A stretch of 64,000 nucleotides of DNA from Octopus sinensis (taxonomy: Eukaryota): positions 62,322,464 through 62,386,463 of the forward strand of contig NC_043011.1 in assembly GCF_006345805.1 (NCBI RefSeq), read 5' to 3'. Both the position numbers and the translations under genes were made by a program. Numbering within the stretch: position 1 is the stretch's first letter; every line of letters starts with the position of its first letter. Shown here in pieces: positions 39,029 through 54,365 of this stretch. The notes under the pieces are model-generated. The model saw nothing but the letters and a program-made list of their open reading frames with translations, made no database searches and was not told the DNA's origin.

Positions 39029-39523
39029 CCAAAATCATCGCTAAACTATGGATCAAGCACAAACTAGAAGGGATGGAAATAGATTACTTGACTGACGCCC
39101 TCAAAGCTGCAACAGCTTCTCAATCAACGCAGAATACAGATGAATCGATTCCAAGAGAAATTACTGATCTTCAAAACGCCATTAAAGTAGAAAAACTTAT
39201 GGAAGAACTAGGAAACAAGGAAATAGATTCGGACACAGAAGAAGCCTTGGACAAACTGGCATTGGAATATCTCCGAAGATTTGATCGTCGTTCAAATGAT
39301 ATCAAAAGTTCTGTAAACAAGAGATCTCGGCCGATTATCAGAATGGCGGCAAACGATTTAGAAAACAATAAAGAAAGCGACTACATAGGCAACCAACAGA
39401 ACTACCAAAACAATCTAATGGACGAACCGCTTAGGAAAAACATTCAGTTGCCTTTATTGTATGATATACCAGACAACAGACTTCAAATGTTACAAGACAA
39501 CAGAGAAAACATTCCATCCACGG
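39029..39523 (+). CDS. Second coding exon of the granin-like precursor
   Basis: Polypyrimidine tract plus cag acceptor (AG at 39027-39028). Phase 1 join gives G+CC (Ala), then KIIAKLWIKHKLEGMEIDYLTDALKAAT...ENIPST. Donor G/gtaaga at 39524 (phase 1). 495 nt; same acidic, dibasic-rich composition as the first coding exon. Confidence 0.88.
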
Positions 39524-40350
39524 GTAAGATAAGCCCCTCAACTTTTAATTAAGGCAGACAATTTTTTTGTTATTGTTGCTTATTGTTTTTGTTGTTGTTA
39601 TTGTTGTTGTTGTTGTTTTTGTTGCTTGGTCCCCGGACATTCTCGATTGAACGGACCTGTGATCAAATATATTCTAAGTTTAGCAATCCGGTGCTTTTTC
39701 ATTTTACTGAGGCAGAGAATAAGAATAATGTTTCGAACATCAGACGAAACACCTTGTGGCATTTATTCCGCCTTTTATTTTTCTGAGTTCGCTTCCCACC
39801 AAGGCCTATAGATAAAGCACCAATCCAGGCGGTGGACAGGCAGAGTCGGTAGAGCATTAGACAAGATGTTTTATGGTATTTGTTTCAGTTTTTGCGTCCC
39901 GTGTTCAAATATCATTGAATGTCCCTTTTTATTTTCGAGCGCGTGGCTCAGTGGTTAGGGTGTTGGACTCACGATCGTAAGACTGTGGCTTCGATTTCTG
40001 GACCGAGCGATGCTTTGTGTTCTTGAGCAAAGCACCTCATTTCATGTTGTTCCAGTTCACCACTCAGCTGTAGAAATGAGTTTAGCCTGGAGAGGGATGG
40101 ACTCCTCAGGGCTTTCTTGCTCAAGATACATTGCTGCGCCTCAACGTGTCCATTATCTAGTGTACAATCTGAGGGAGGTCTGGTACTATATCTAGTCGGA
40201 CAAGCGATTATGTACAGGTTTCTTCGTTGGATGAATTTGTTTATGTTGTAGCTGCTATTGTTGTTTAGCCCTAGGTCTGTTAGATAGGGACTGATTTAGG
40301 ATCAAAGACGTTCCAGCCTTGATCATTCCGATTTTTATTCACACACGCAC

Positions 40351-40384
<34 letters not shown>

Positions 40385-41119
40385 GTATGTTCATATAAAA
40401 ACAGTGTACATTTAAACACATAAGAGGTATCCATCATAGGATTCTTTTCACGCTAGAAGGAACAGCTAAAGTCCAAACCCCCTATTAAGGATAAAAACTC
40501 GAAGGGAATGACGGCAAGAGTTAATAGGATCGCATCAATAATTAGATTAATGAACGTCGTTTAAAGCGAATCGCTGTTTTAGCTGAATATTCGATAATTA
40601 ATAAAATCCTAAGATTCAATGCATAAGTCCCTAAGTATCTACTCAGCAAAGAGGTCGGCGTAGAAAGATCTCCTGTTTAAAATGTCGCCAAGTGAATCTC
40701 TCTTCTTCTTCTTCTTCGACAAAAACGCTGTTTTCTGTCGCGTCAAAAAATATTCACAGGAAACTCTGTGTGTCAACTTGAAAGAAGAAACGTGCAAAAT
40801 GAAAGTGTCTTTTCTGAAATTCGGAAGAAATATGGAATACATGATGCCTAATGTATACGTACACAGACGCACGCAAACCACACACACACATGCAGAGTGA
40901 TACACACACATGCGTAAAGATGCGCGCGCGAGTGCACTCTGATATAAAGCTACATGTATAAAATAAAAGAATTCCTAGTCACGACCACCGGTTGCGCATG
41001 CGTAGAAGCCATATTTATTGCCAACGTTTTATGTCTGACGTCACTATACATTTCACTAGAAGGGAAAATAATGGTTTTGTTATCTTTTTCTGTTTCTTGC
41101 TGTATTTTGTTTAAACAAA

Positions 41120-41806
<687 letters not shown>

Positions 41807-42344
41807 TTTTTCGGTTATTCTTCTATTTATTTATTTTGCAATTTATTTTGCGTTTTCTTTAAAATTATCGTTATAGAAATTCTTTTTTAATTATTAATCT
41901 AGCGATTGAATTTTTGCCATAACATTATCATTTCCTGGTTGCATTTTCATAAACATAAAACAGACATATTGAAGCTGCTGTTTGTTTTAATAATTAAACT
42001 ACAAAATTTACTTTATAAAAATATATAAAACAAATAACAAAAACACATAGAAGTATCGGAGGACGAAGTATTTGCTTTTATAAAAAAAAAAAAATACGAA
42101 AAGAAAAAGAAAAGTCAAACGTCAATTTGTTTCCTTCTACAACTTTTCTACTGTGCTGCAAATATTCAAAATCAATTAGATTAATTTAAGTTTTGCGATA
42201 GCATTGGGTTATTGTAGCCTTAATATATTATGTTTACTTCGCTTTACATATATATTTTCTAGATTATCAACAAGATTGATTATAAGATTTTCGAAGTATC
42301 AAAGACGATTAAAATATATGCCCATTGAGAATATATATATATAG

Positions 42345-42515
42345 CCACTACACACATTTTCTTCTCTCCTTGTTTCTCTCCTTATTTTTTCTGAGTCCCA
42401 TTCTGTAGAAGAGCGTAGGCTCGAAACGTAAAAGACTTTTTCTATTCCTCAGCGTTATACTAATACAATCTGTTTGTTTTATACACCACCTGTCTTCATT
42501 TTTCGTAAACTCTCC
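42345..42515 (+). mobile_element. Short TA-embedded element with hammerhead-like motif, family 2
   Basis: catt-CTGTAGA-a-gagc-gtag-gctc-GAAA-cg-TA-aaag at 42399-42434; the whole element is the reverse complement of 46755-46910. Confidence 0.7.
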
Positions 42516-42536
42516 CTATATATATATATATATTAT

Positions 42537-42579
<43 letters not shown>

Positions 42580-42838
42580 GTATATATGTAATATGTATAT
42601 ATGTTGTATGTATGTATGTATGTATGTATGTAGCATGTATGTATGTACGTATGTATCTATGTATATGTATGTAGGCGCTCGGGCGGTGGTGTGGCAAGAA
42701 GTTTGCCTCCCAATTACATGGTTCCGGGTTCAGTCTAACTGCGTGGCACCTTCAGTAAGTCTATTCCACTATAGCCTCAGGCCGATGAAAACGTAATAAG
42801 GAAATTTGGTTGGAGGAAACTGAGAGAAGCCCGTCGTC

Positions 42839-42920
<82 letters not shown>

Positions 42921-43587
42921 CATTGAGCTTACAATCGTGAGGTTGAGAGTTCGAATCCCCGATCGGGTTACGTGTTATTTTCTTGAGCAAGACACTTTAT
43001 TTCATGTTGCTCCAGTTCACGTAGCTGTAGAAATGAGTTGCGATGTCACAGGTGCCAAGCTGTATCGGCCCCTTTGTCTTTCCCTTGGATAACATAAGTG
43101 GTGGGGGGAGGCGAGGCTGGTATGCATGGTCTTTCATAAACAACCTCGCCCGGACTTGTGCCTGGGAGGGTAACAATTCCATGGTCAGTCATGACAGGAG
43201 GGGCTCTCAGCATATGTATATATATAACATAGTTAGAGGATAAAATCATTAAAGTTAATGAATTTTATCAGTGGCCAGTATATATACACCTTTTAGGTAA
43301 AATCCATTTATAAAGATATATAATTGCATAGGGTAGAATTATATTTAAGGGCACAAAGCTGTTATGCCTGTATGCTGAAGGAAGATGCCCAATACGTCCT
43401 ACCGCTCCATATATTCACCCTACATATACTTACACTACATATAGTTACACAGGTTGAAAGCGTTCGCCAGGTGTGTTTTGCTGATGAAAGAAAAGTTAGC
43501 AAGCTAATCCAGAAATCGATCAATCCAACACTAACTGAATTGTTTTATGGATTTTTAGCCAGCCTGCTTTTCCTCTGTGTGTGTGCG

Positions 43588-43639
<52 letters not shown>

Positions 43640-43895
43640 GTGTGTGTGTGTGTGAAGGCGTGTAGCCTAGTGGTTAGGCTGTTGCATTCACGATGGTTAG
43701 ATCGTGGTTTCGATTCCTTCGTTCTGTTCTTGTGCAAAGCACTTCATTTCACATCATCCAGATCCCCTTCGTTCAGGAAATATTGTTGGCCTGCTCGCCT
43801 AACAAGCAGGGTGGCGTCGTATGAAGGCTAAAAGCGCATTATGACCAGCGATGTGTAACAACATCTGATAGCCTGGTCGGTCACGTAATCACGTG

Positions 43896-44003
<108 letters not shown>

Positions 44004-44285
44004 ATATGAGTGTGTGTTTGCGGCTGTTTGTCCCAACCTCCCAGCCAACCAGTGTTGGTGTGTTTAGGACCCCGTAAGTTAGCAGTTCAGCAAAGATTCT
44101 ATAGAATATGTACCAGGCTTATAAAGGACCTGGTACTGAGGTCGACTTTGCCTTTCATCCTTTCGGAGTCGATAAACTAAGTACCACTTACGCACTAGGG
44201 TCGATGTAATCGACTTAATCCGTTTGTCTGTCCTTGTTTGTCCCCTCTGTGTTTAACCCCTTGTGGGAAGTGCGCGTGCTTCTAT

Positions 44286-44320
<35 letters not shown>

Positions 44321-45174
44321 AATACATACATACATACATACATACATACATACATACATACATACATACATACATACATACATACATACATACAAACACA
44401 TGCACACACAGAGGAATATATACATGTATATATATTAGAAGAAATGAGGTACTCATGTGCCTCATTATATATATACGAAAGAGTATAATAAACATAGAGA
44501 CAGGTATATAGTTTCATAGAATAGTTACTTTCGAAGTATTTTATCATAACTAATAACAATTGATTACTACATACAGCCCCTATAACGCAATCCGTTTATC
44601 AGTTTTTTTTTCTTTGAAATCATTAATGTGAAAATAACCACAGCAAGCACGCTTAATAGGTTGTATAATTAACAAGCAGCTGCTTTATTCTTTAATGTCA
44701 GGAAGTATTAGACATTAAGGAAATAATAAACTCTTCAGTCAGAGAGATACAAAAAACACACACTACAGGTGATTATTGGATTTAGTCGCAATGTATTAGC
44801 AAGATATATGTGCTATTATGGAAATCGGAAACAGAGTGTAGTCTTTCAGCTGTAAAGTTAATAGGCTTAAGATGCTGTAAGAATGACGAACGTGTTTTGA
44901 TATTACTAATTCAAAGAGGTTTTTGGCGGTAATAAGAAGTAAAAATGGCGGCTAGAATACAATGAATGCTTGTAATTATTGTATGAAGAATCTAAAGCAC
45001 TACTTAAAGAATTTAAATAATAGAAGACGTATCAGACCGGAAAGAGAATGCTACAGATGTTGACTTTAAGAAAATATAAGGGGAAATTCTTGGCTACAAA
45101 GAAACATATGCGCAAGCATACACACACGTGTTTGAACATTCACCAAATAATACACATAATTGTAACAGACATGG

Positions 45175-45206
<32 letters not shown>

Positions 45207-46754
45207 GCGTATATATATATTTGTGTACAATATCTCGGCTGCTTGTTTCTAAATGATTGCCATTCTCTGATATAGGATTCGAACAATACGCCGGTTGCTT
45301 TTCTGTAAAATATTAAAATGGCGACGTCTCTAGTCTTACAATTGAAGCAAATTGTCATCGTAAAACCCATGCAACGTGTAATAAATCATGACATGCTATG
45401 TAATTTACACAGAAATAGTCTCACGATGTCTGCCAACATAGAATTTTGTATAGGCTAATGTAGCATAAAATTGTAAATGATTATGCTTTGATGCAATGTA
45501 TTGGTAAATAACGTATGTCGTGGTAGTGTGTAACAATATTATAACAACAACAACAACTACCACGATGGCAACACCGTCGGCGAACACACATACACAGAGG
45601 AAAACATGAACTGTACCGAGTTTTCGGGTCTTAGGACAGCAGCAGCACAATGGGGTGAGAGGATGGGGCTGCTGAGGGGAAGGCCACGCTGCAGCCCAAA
45701 ACTATGACACACACACACACACACATAATTATACACACACATAATTACACACACACACACACACACAAGGACTGAAACGCACGCGCAAACAGATACACAC
45801 CTTAGAAGAACAAAAGAGAATAAGCGGAGCAAGAACATACACACGTAAACGAAAAGTGTGTGCCTTGAGTAGAAAAGAATATTAAATATTGTAATGGAGG
45901 AGGCCGGTCGGTGCCCCACCCAGCATAATATATGTACATTTATATATGTGTGTGTGTGAATGTATGTTTTAAAAATATTTAATAATAGTTTGATTAAGCT
46001 AAATGCAATTTGAAGCTTTGAAGGCTCGTAGAAGGAAACAACCCTGCAAGTTATGTCCCCTTTGCGATCCCACGTATCTTCAAGTAACACGCAGCTGCGT
46101 CAAACTGTTATTAATAATGTATAAAACTCCTACCTCTGCTGAGCAACATTATCTTTCGGTTGTCCACACACACACACACACAAACAAATGTATTTATATA
46201 CTAGCAATGCACTCCGGCGTTGCCCAGGTGTTATGCCCTACAGCCACATTTTAGTATTTGCTCCTTTCTTATGGGCAGAATCGGCAAACAACTCTTCTTT
46301 ACGAACAAGTTTCTCGGTTTTTTTCTGATGAACAACGCGGCAGTTTCCGTTTTCCAAATTCAGTCAAAAGTGTGTGGTTGGCCTAGGGCTATAGTAGAAA
46401 ACACTTGCCCAAGGTAACATGCAGAGGGACTGAACGTGGAACCATGTAGTTTGGAAGCAACCTTTTCAACCATACAGTGATACTTGCACCTAATATGTGT
46501 GTGTTTCCATTTGTTGTTAAAGTGAGTATTGTGTCCCACCACGTCTCAAAATTCATCAAGTCGAGATCTATAAAATAAATGCCAGATTAAAATGCGTACA
46601 GAGGTCAGTATGCTTAATTAAGTTTTTGAAGGTGATACCCCATCATGGCGACAGTCGAAAGACTAAACCCAGTAAACTGATGTTATATCCACCAAATATG
46701 CGATATAAGCCAGTATGTATATATCTATATCTATATCTATCTATCAATCTTACG

Positions 46755-46910
46755 AAAACGCAAAAGACGAAGACAGGTGGTGTACAAAACAAACAGATGT
46801 ATTAGTATAACGCTCAGGAATAGAAAAAGTCTTCTACGTTTCGAGCCTACGCTCTTCTACAGAAAGGGAGACAGAAAAAGCAAGGAGAGAAAAAAAATGT
46901 GTGTAGTGGC
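46755..46910 (-). mobile_element. Short element with hammerhead-like motif, family 2
   Basis: On the - strand cttt-CTGTAGA-a-gagc-gtag-gctc-GAAA-cg-TA-gaag (46831-46866); inverted copy of 42345-42515. Confidence 0.7.
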
Positions 46911-47394
46911 TAACGATCTATCATGGCGTATACGTGTGTATGTGTGTGTGTGAGGAAATAAAAAAGTAAAATAACGCAGCTGGAAATTAAGATTTGAGTA
47001 ATGATCATGTCAACACCAGTGAGAACAGAATTAATGTATATATTAACCAACCGAAAACAAAAGCTAAATTCAAAACCACAACCATAGTGGTAATTCTGTA
47101 GAAGTGTGTGTAAAAAGATGAATACTTTTAATAGAGGAAAGTCGGGATGAGTCGAAGGGGAAAACATAGCCTAATGAGATATATTTGCATCGCATGATTG
47201 ACTTCTCAGCCATGATAGATCTATGGGGATCTAGGCAGAAAGATTCTAGCTAAGAAGTTCTGTTTGCCTGTACCTATAGTTTCAAGTATGTCGGTGTAAT
47301 TGAGTATAAGTAACCATAGAAACGTATGCTGAATGGATGCCGGTACGTCTACTTGTATGTATGTGTGTACACACGCATATATTGACGCTCGCAG

Positions 47395-47443
<49 letters not shown>

Positions 47444-47446
47444 ATA

Positions 47447-47814
47447 TACTAGCAGTATCGCCCGACGTAGAACTGAAATTTTTGAAAAGTAAAAATTTTG
47501 CATTATGTAGCTTGTTATTCTCCTTAAGTGAACATTTTTCTGGTTGAAATACACCGAAAAATGGCGACACACCAGTCAAAAAATCGTAAAAAATAGGGAT
47601 TTTCATAGAAGAAAAGCACCTTTTTGATGTAAATAATTTTTGGTCTTAACATGGTCCGATTTGAATTTTTTTCTGCTACGTAAGGAAGAACAAGCCTTCT
47701 TCTATCATACTCTCAATTTTGGTCAACTTGCGGCGCATGGTCTCGGAGGAGATTGTGTTAGTTGAAGGTTACCAAACCTGCCATACACAGACAACTTCAG
47801 TTATATATAGAGAT
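47447..47814 (+). mobile_element. Non-autonomous Helitron/Helentron-like element inserted in (TA)n
   Basis: 5' tactagcagtatcgcccg... and 3' ...catacacagacaacttcagttatatatagagat, termini typical of Lep1/HINE-like elements as I recall them; a similar 5' end occurs near 46198. Confidence 0.5.
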
Positions 47815-47883
47815 ATAACTGTGCATATTGTATATATATATATATATATATTGGAAGCTTTGGAGATGATGTACGGGTATTTC

Positions 47884-48333
47884 ATATTAGAAGAAATGAG
47901 GTACTCAGAAAATCGGATGGTTTATATTTACAGATATTTATTTGTATATTACATGTTTTTATACACCATATAATTTAGATCATGTATTAGCGCTTTCTCC
48001 CATTCTAGTGGGGTTTTCAAATCAAACTAAGTTCCTGTGGTATTGAGTTTGTAGTGGTGGGGAGGAATATAAGACAGTACAAGAGGGTGATGGATGAGGA
48101 GAAAGTGCTCTTGTACTGTCTTATATTCCTCCCCACCACTACAAACTCAATACCACTATAAAATGGTCAAAACTCTTCACACAGGAACTTAGTTTGATTT
48201 GAAACTCCACTAGAATTGGAGAAAGCGCTAATACCTGATCTAAGTTATATGATGTATAAAAAATGTAATATACAAATAAATATCTGTAAATATAAACCAT
48301 CCGATTTTCTGAGTACCTCATTTCTTCTAATAT
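47884..48333. repeat. 450-bp palindrome (foldback/MITE-like)
   Basis: Inner arms 48037-48085 and 48108-48156 are a perfect 49-bp inverted repeat. Outer arms about 47884-48039 and 48180-48333 are imperfect. The terminus atattagaagaaatgaggtactca also occurs near 44432. Confidence 0.9.
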
Positions 48334-48406
48334 ATATATATATCAAACTGTGCATACTGCATATATATGTGTGTCTCTAAAGATATATATATATATATAT
48401 ATATAT

Positions 48407-48457
<51 letters not shown>

Positions 48458-48551
48458 TGTGTATGTATATATATATATATATATACATACACATATCTAT
48501 CTATCTGTCTATCTATCTATCTATTTATCTAGCTAGCTTTCTCTCTCTGTC

Positions 48552-48649
<98 letters not shown>

Positions 48650-48900
48650 AGAACTATTCGGCGTTGTAATCTCGTAAATGACAGTGACATTTCGGAATGT
48701 AATCCTAGATGAACTATGGCGGCAGAAAGAGTTAACACCTCTGAGAATAAATGTTTTTGATCTGAGCGGACTTTTGACAGAGCCACATTAACAACGACAG
48801 CTCATTTCAATAATAATAATTAAGCAATGGTTGATAATTGTTAAATTAAAATTGCTACTAATAAGACAGAAGCCACACAATGCGCATAGACGAGGGAGTC

Positions 48901-48975
48901 TGAGGACACTCAAGTGACTTGGGGATACTCACGTGACTTGAGGACACTCAAGTGACCTGGGTGACACTCAAACGA
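48901..48975. repeat. 19-bp tandem repeat, about 4 units
   Basis: tgaggacactcaagtgact / tggggatactcacgtgact / tgaggacactcaagtgacc / tgggtgacactcaa. Confidence 0.8.
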
Positions 48976-49646
48976 TATGCCATAATTGTCAATGAACAAG
49001 TGAGAAGCTTTATTGCACAAGTATATCTAAGTATATCGAGTAACGATAAAATAATTTATACAAAATCTGTATCAAGATTTTATGCACACATACACACACA
49101 CGTGCACACACTTATATATATAAGTATGTATATAAGATTTTTTGCGTAATGAGATAAAAAATACCAAGGCTGTATAGATATTAGAGCATTTATAGATAGG
49201 TCTTACAGCTGTTTCTAGGATATTAATTAATAATATCCCTTCATCGGAGGCGGTGTGAGAGGATAGTTAAGTCATGGTTAGTTTCGATGTGATACAAAAT
49301 GGAGAGTGAGGTGGAGGAAAGTAAAAAAGATGTAAGATATGTATGGGTATTGAAGTTGTAAATCCGTTTTATAGGCATAATGGTATATATGTGTATTATT
49401 CCAATAACCTTTGAGTAAAATACAGAAGTCCATCAGAGTTTAAAATGAATCCATCCAAATATAGAGTTTATAAGCAATGTAAGACCACCTTATCAGTGAG
49501 ATCCAGTAGATTTTTAAATTTGGTCATTCGCAGTTGGGGATTTATATACAGAGTTGCAGATTCAAGGTTTGTATTTAAAAAAAATAACTATGTATATATT
49601 AATATATGTTACATATGAAACAGTTAGGCATTAAGCCAAGGATCAC

Positions 49647-49689
<43 letters not shown>

Positions 49690-49766
49690 ATGGATCTTTA
49701 CGTAGAAACTCACTCACAAATTTTAGAAAGTGGACCTAATGTATAACATGTGTTTTGTGTCTGCAG

Positions 49767-49877
49767 ATCTAACAGACACAATGCAATACCCGATGATGAG
49801 TATCGGTGAAAATCCTACAATGGACAACATGGTAGACGATGAAATCTCGTTAGCAAGAAATTCTTTACCAAATGAAG
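49767..49877 (+). CDS. Third coding exon of the granin-like precursor
   Basis: Acceptor tgttttgtgtctgcag (AG at 49765-49766). Phase 1 join gives G+AT (Asp), then LTDTMQYPMMSIGENPTMDNMVDDEISLARNSLPNE. Consensus donor G/gtaagt at 49878 (phase 1). 111 nt. Confidence 0.82.
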
Positions 49878-50051
49878 GTAAGTACACACCACCACCACCA
49901 CCACCACCACCACCACCTCCTTCTCTCCCTCCTCTTTTTTCTCTTTCTATTTCATCTTCATCATACTCTTGTATATGTCTTTCGCCCTTCCTCTTCCTTT
50001 ATCTCTTTATGTATGTACTTATGTATGTATGTTTGTATGCGTGTATGTATG

Positions 50052-50218
<167 letters not shown>

Positions 50219-50237
50219 ATATATATATAATTATGAT

Positions 50238-50484
50238 AAGGGTGTTGAATTATTACAAAACCAGTCTGCTAGAAATAGACCCCAAAAGGTCTATGAGCCA
50301 CTTAGATTATTTCTCCACTTCACATGGTTGCAATCGAGGAAAATAGATAGCGAGGATTTATAAAATTATATAAATATATTTTCTTTGCTTACAACCTTGT
50401 GCAGTGGAGAAATAATCTGAGTGGTTCATAGACCTTTTGGGGTCTATTTCTAGCAGACTGGTTTTGTAATAATTCAAGACCCTT
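50238..50484. repeat. 247-bp palindrome (MITE-like)
   Basis: aagggtgttgaattattacaaaaccagtctgctagaaatagaccccaaaaggtctatgagccacttagattatttctccact is a near-perfect inverted repeat of about 50403-50484, with weaker pairing continuing inward. Confidence 0.9.
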
Positions 50485-50604
50485 CTAATGATTTTAATAT
50501 AAATTAACCGTTATGGTATTTTTAGTATCCTGGCCATTGATAAATTATTAAATAATGACTTTATCCTAATTTTGTGTGTGTGTGTATATATATAAATGTA
50601 CTCG

Positions 50605-50794
50605 TGAGTACCGCTGGCGATTTTTTTTCCTCTGTCTTCCCTTCTCGGGATCTTTCCTTCTCCTATGTTTCCGACGAAGAGCTCCGCTCGAAACGTTCTT
50701 CCCTTCTTTCCTGAGCGTCCAATCATACTTTATTTGTTCCACGTGCTCGCGTTGTTGTGTTTTTTGTTTTTTTTGTGTTTTCTTGTTTGGATTA

Positions 50795-50800
<6 letters not shown>
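50605..50800 (+). mobile_element. Short TA-embedded element with hammerhead-like motif, family 2 relative
   Basis: gttt-CCGACGA-a-gagc-tcc-gctc-GAAA-cg-TT at 50667-50697, followed by ctgagcgtccaat, similar to the family 2 downstream sequence. Confidence 0.5.
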
Positions 50801-50826
<26 letters not shown>

Positions 50827-50860
50827 CGTATATATATACATACATACATACATATATATA

Positions 50861-50920
<60 letters not shown>

Positions 50921-51139
50921 GTTTGTATTTTGTCAAGTTGTATGCTAAAGCAATTAGCATTAAACCAAATGAGTGTTCAATACCTTTTGGCATCGTTCAC
51001 GTTTATTAACCAGATGGATAAAGTTAGCCTCTAACGGAGAGACACAGGCTCCAACATTGGAATTTGGATGGCAACAGTAACAACGACAGTTGCTAAATAA
51101 CGAACTGTATGTCTATATATGAGATTCTTTCCTACGGTA

Positions 51140-51331
51140 GTCTAATCCCTCTGCGGATGCGCAGATGTTTGCGTTGGGCCTCGATAAGGGTGCAGCTCGT
51201 CACCACTTCTTTTCGTAATTTTTATGAACTGGATTAACATGTGCAACCTTTGTGGTAATGGTGTATCAATCAGAGTGAGTAGAATAGGTCAGCTGATGTT
51301 TGCAGATGACCTCGTGCTATTTGGTTCAATA
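51140..51331 (+). pseudogene. Non-LTR retrotransposon (RTE-like) RT fragment
   Basis: Open frame 51188-51331: GCSSSPLLFVIFMNWINMCNLCGNGVSIRVSRIGQLMFADDLVLFGSI, matching the QGCxLSPLLF and (Y/F)ADD RT motifs; preceded by a stop. Confidence 0.75.
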
Positions 51332-51812
51332 AGGAGGTGACCCCCCCCAGTATGGGTTCACAGCCAAGTGCTGCAAGGCAGGGATGGGATTAGAGCTCTT
51401 TCTCATCTTAATTAAATTTAGATTATAAAAAAAATTCTTATTTGTGTAGACTGACTTTATGAACTTACGACCAAACACATAAATAACTCCAGCTAAGTAA
51501 AACTTATTAACAGAGTTAATTAATTGTAGATTGTATTTTACATAATTAGCGTAACAATTAAGCATAAACAACTATAGCACATATCAAACTTTCTACTAAA
51601 ATTGAAATTAAAATCAGTTATTTACTTTGAATAATTTCCCCCGTGTAATTAAAAAAATTCTATTTAATTTTATTATTGATTTTTTCGTTCTTAATACAAT
51701 ACAAATAAATTACAAGTTTCCTACGTAAGAGATTTCATCCTCAAATTAAAATACAAAATTCAAAACGTTGAGTTGCTTTCCCTTTCTCAGTAAAGATAAA
51801 CATAGAAGTGTT

Positions 51813-51844
<32 letters not shown>

Positions 51845-52930
51845 CTTGTACCCACGTGTGTGTATATGTGCATGTACATCCATCCATTCATTCATACATA
51901 CATACAAGCATACATACATACATATATATACATATATAAATACATACATAAATACATACATATATACAGACGTATATAAGCATGTTTAGATATGCAAATA
52001 TATGTATGAGAATATATACATAAAACATGCAAATCAGCACATACATACATACATACATACATACATACATACATACATACATACATACATACAAAAATAC
52101 CCTGTCCTCTGTTAGTAAGAAATCTTGAAATAAACTGAATAATGAAATCCATACATGATGTCTGCAAACGCGTGTTCGAGTATTGCCATCGCCTGGTATC
52201 GAAAGTTCCACACATGCGAAGACTACAACCAACCATTTTTGTGATAGGTCTTACTTTTTGTTTCCGATCGATGCCTGTACATGATGATTTTTTTTATATT
52301 GGGGAAACGATTTGCACAAATCCAATCCCCCACCTCTGTACATGGAGAACATAAACTCGAAAAGAAGACCTAGCCTACATAATCGAATATTGCCAGTGTC
52401 GCAGGTTTTCTCTCAGAGCTTCCCTCTCCTAGACAAATGTTGTGACAACAGAGGGGCCAACCGCGCGCCTGGACTCCAACTCAGGTATTTCCACGTACCC
52501 GTGCATACATGCATACATACATACATATGTAACACACATACATACATACGTTCATACAGAAAAACAGACAGAGTGCCAACATAAAAGTCCGAATATCTTT
52601 GAGACAGATAAGAGATTAGTTAGCTTGCTGATCTTCCAAAATTGAAGAGATGGAGAATAACTAGAGACAACTTGCAGAAAATATCACTTCCGAGTACTCC
52701 GGAAGGTGCTCGAAAAATAAGAGGTGTTACCTTAGTTCACTAGTAGTGAACAGCTAACACCGTTCTAGATCTCCAGCGTTAGAAGCTGTGCAAAGATAAT
52801 AATAATAATAATCATAATAATGATGATGATGATGATAATAATAATAATAATAATAAGAAGAATAACAACAACAACAACAACAACAATAATAATATTAATA
52901 TTAAAGATGATGATGATGATGATGATGATG

Positions 52931-52971
<41 letters not shown>

Positions 52972-54014
52972 TAATATATGTATGCATACTGAGCATGTTC
53001 TGACTCATTCAATCGACTCCATACTTCCTTTGCCAGTTTATGATATTCCCTAAATAAACACGAGATCTCCGCTATTCCAAACATAATAATATTCTCAAAC
53101 ACTGGTCACTTACTTCGTCGCCAGCCACAATAAACTACTTTGTTTTATTTGCTAGAAAACGAACGAACGGCTGATTGTAAATGTCCTGCAAAAGTTAAGG
53201 TTAATTAACTCGCAATCTAAATGTTGGTTTTAATTATCAACCGGTGTTTCATAGCAACTTGTGTCATTCATACTTTTGCTTCCCGGCTGAGGTATTTCAA
53301 TAACGGAGATATTTTAATGAAGGATTTCAGAAGGAGCAATTTAAACTCAGATGACTGTTTTATGTCGGTTAGAATGACGACGTATGGCTGGTTTGTGCGA
53401 CCGACAAAACCAATTGTTTTGGGAATAATAACGGTCGTCATTGTTCCTCTTCTTAGATGGAAGTGTCGTCTTTTTATTACTGAATTTTAATTAATTTATA
53501 TATCCGGTATTATCCCTTCACCAGCTTTTATTTCATTCTGATGTTTGTTTAATCAAAATCTCACATTAGAGACGACGCTTTATTTTTCTCATCATTCTTG
53601 CTGTAATTTTAATTAAAGCAATATTTCTTTTCTTGTCTCACTATATCATACTAGGTATGCTAGCACTTATTTTGCTATATGTTCCACGTGCAGCAGGCGT
53701 CACTTGGTAGACCTCCTCCATAAAAATTCGTCTTAATGTTGGTCGTATGGTTTACTGGTTGTTATGCTGGTCTTATACGATACTATTCATTAGTCATTGT
53801 GTTATAGAAGCAGCACAAATGACTAAAGAGTCATGGACAAACTGCGGCCCGCGGAACTGTCTGAATGGCACGCTTAATGAAAAAATTACCCTGAATCTTT
53901 TTAGTAGTGAGACCCGCCTGATGTTCTGTTTTATGCGTACCCCACTTCTCGTGAAATGTTGCTCTTGTTTGAACCAAATTATCATTAAAAGCCATTCTAA
54001 GGCGGCGAAGTGGC

Positions 54015-54365
54015 TGAAGCGATAACAGGTCGGGGGAAAATTGCTTAGCGACATTTCGCTCGTCTTTGCGGCCTGAGTTCAAATTCTGTCGGGGACAACT
54101 TTGCCTTTCATCTTTTCAGGGTCGATAAAGTAAGTGACAGTCATGTACTGGGATTGATTACATCGGCTTCCTCCTCCCCTGAAAAACCGTTGGTTTTTGA
54201 CGACGATATAGGCGTGCGTATGTTAGCGGTTCGGCAAAAGTTACTGATAGAAAAAGCACCAAGCTTTAAAAAATAAGTCCTGGAGTGATTTGTTCGACTA
54301 AAACATTTCAATGCGGTACTCCAGCATGGCCACAGTCAAATAACTGAAACAAAGAAAAGATAAAA
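54015..54365 (+). mobile_element. Family A SINE (about 54015-54185) followed by a family B tail (about 54215-54365)
   Basis: gagttcaaattctgtcggggacaactttgcctttcatc... then ttagcggttcggcaaaag...agcatggccacagtcaaa. Confidence 0.7.
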
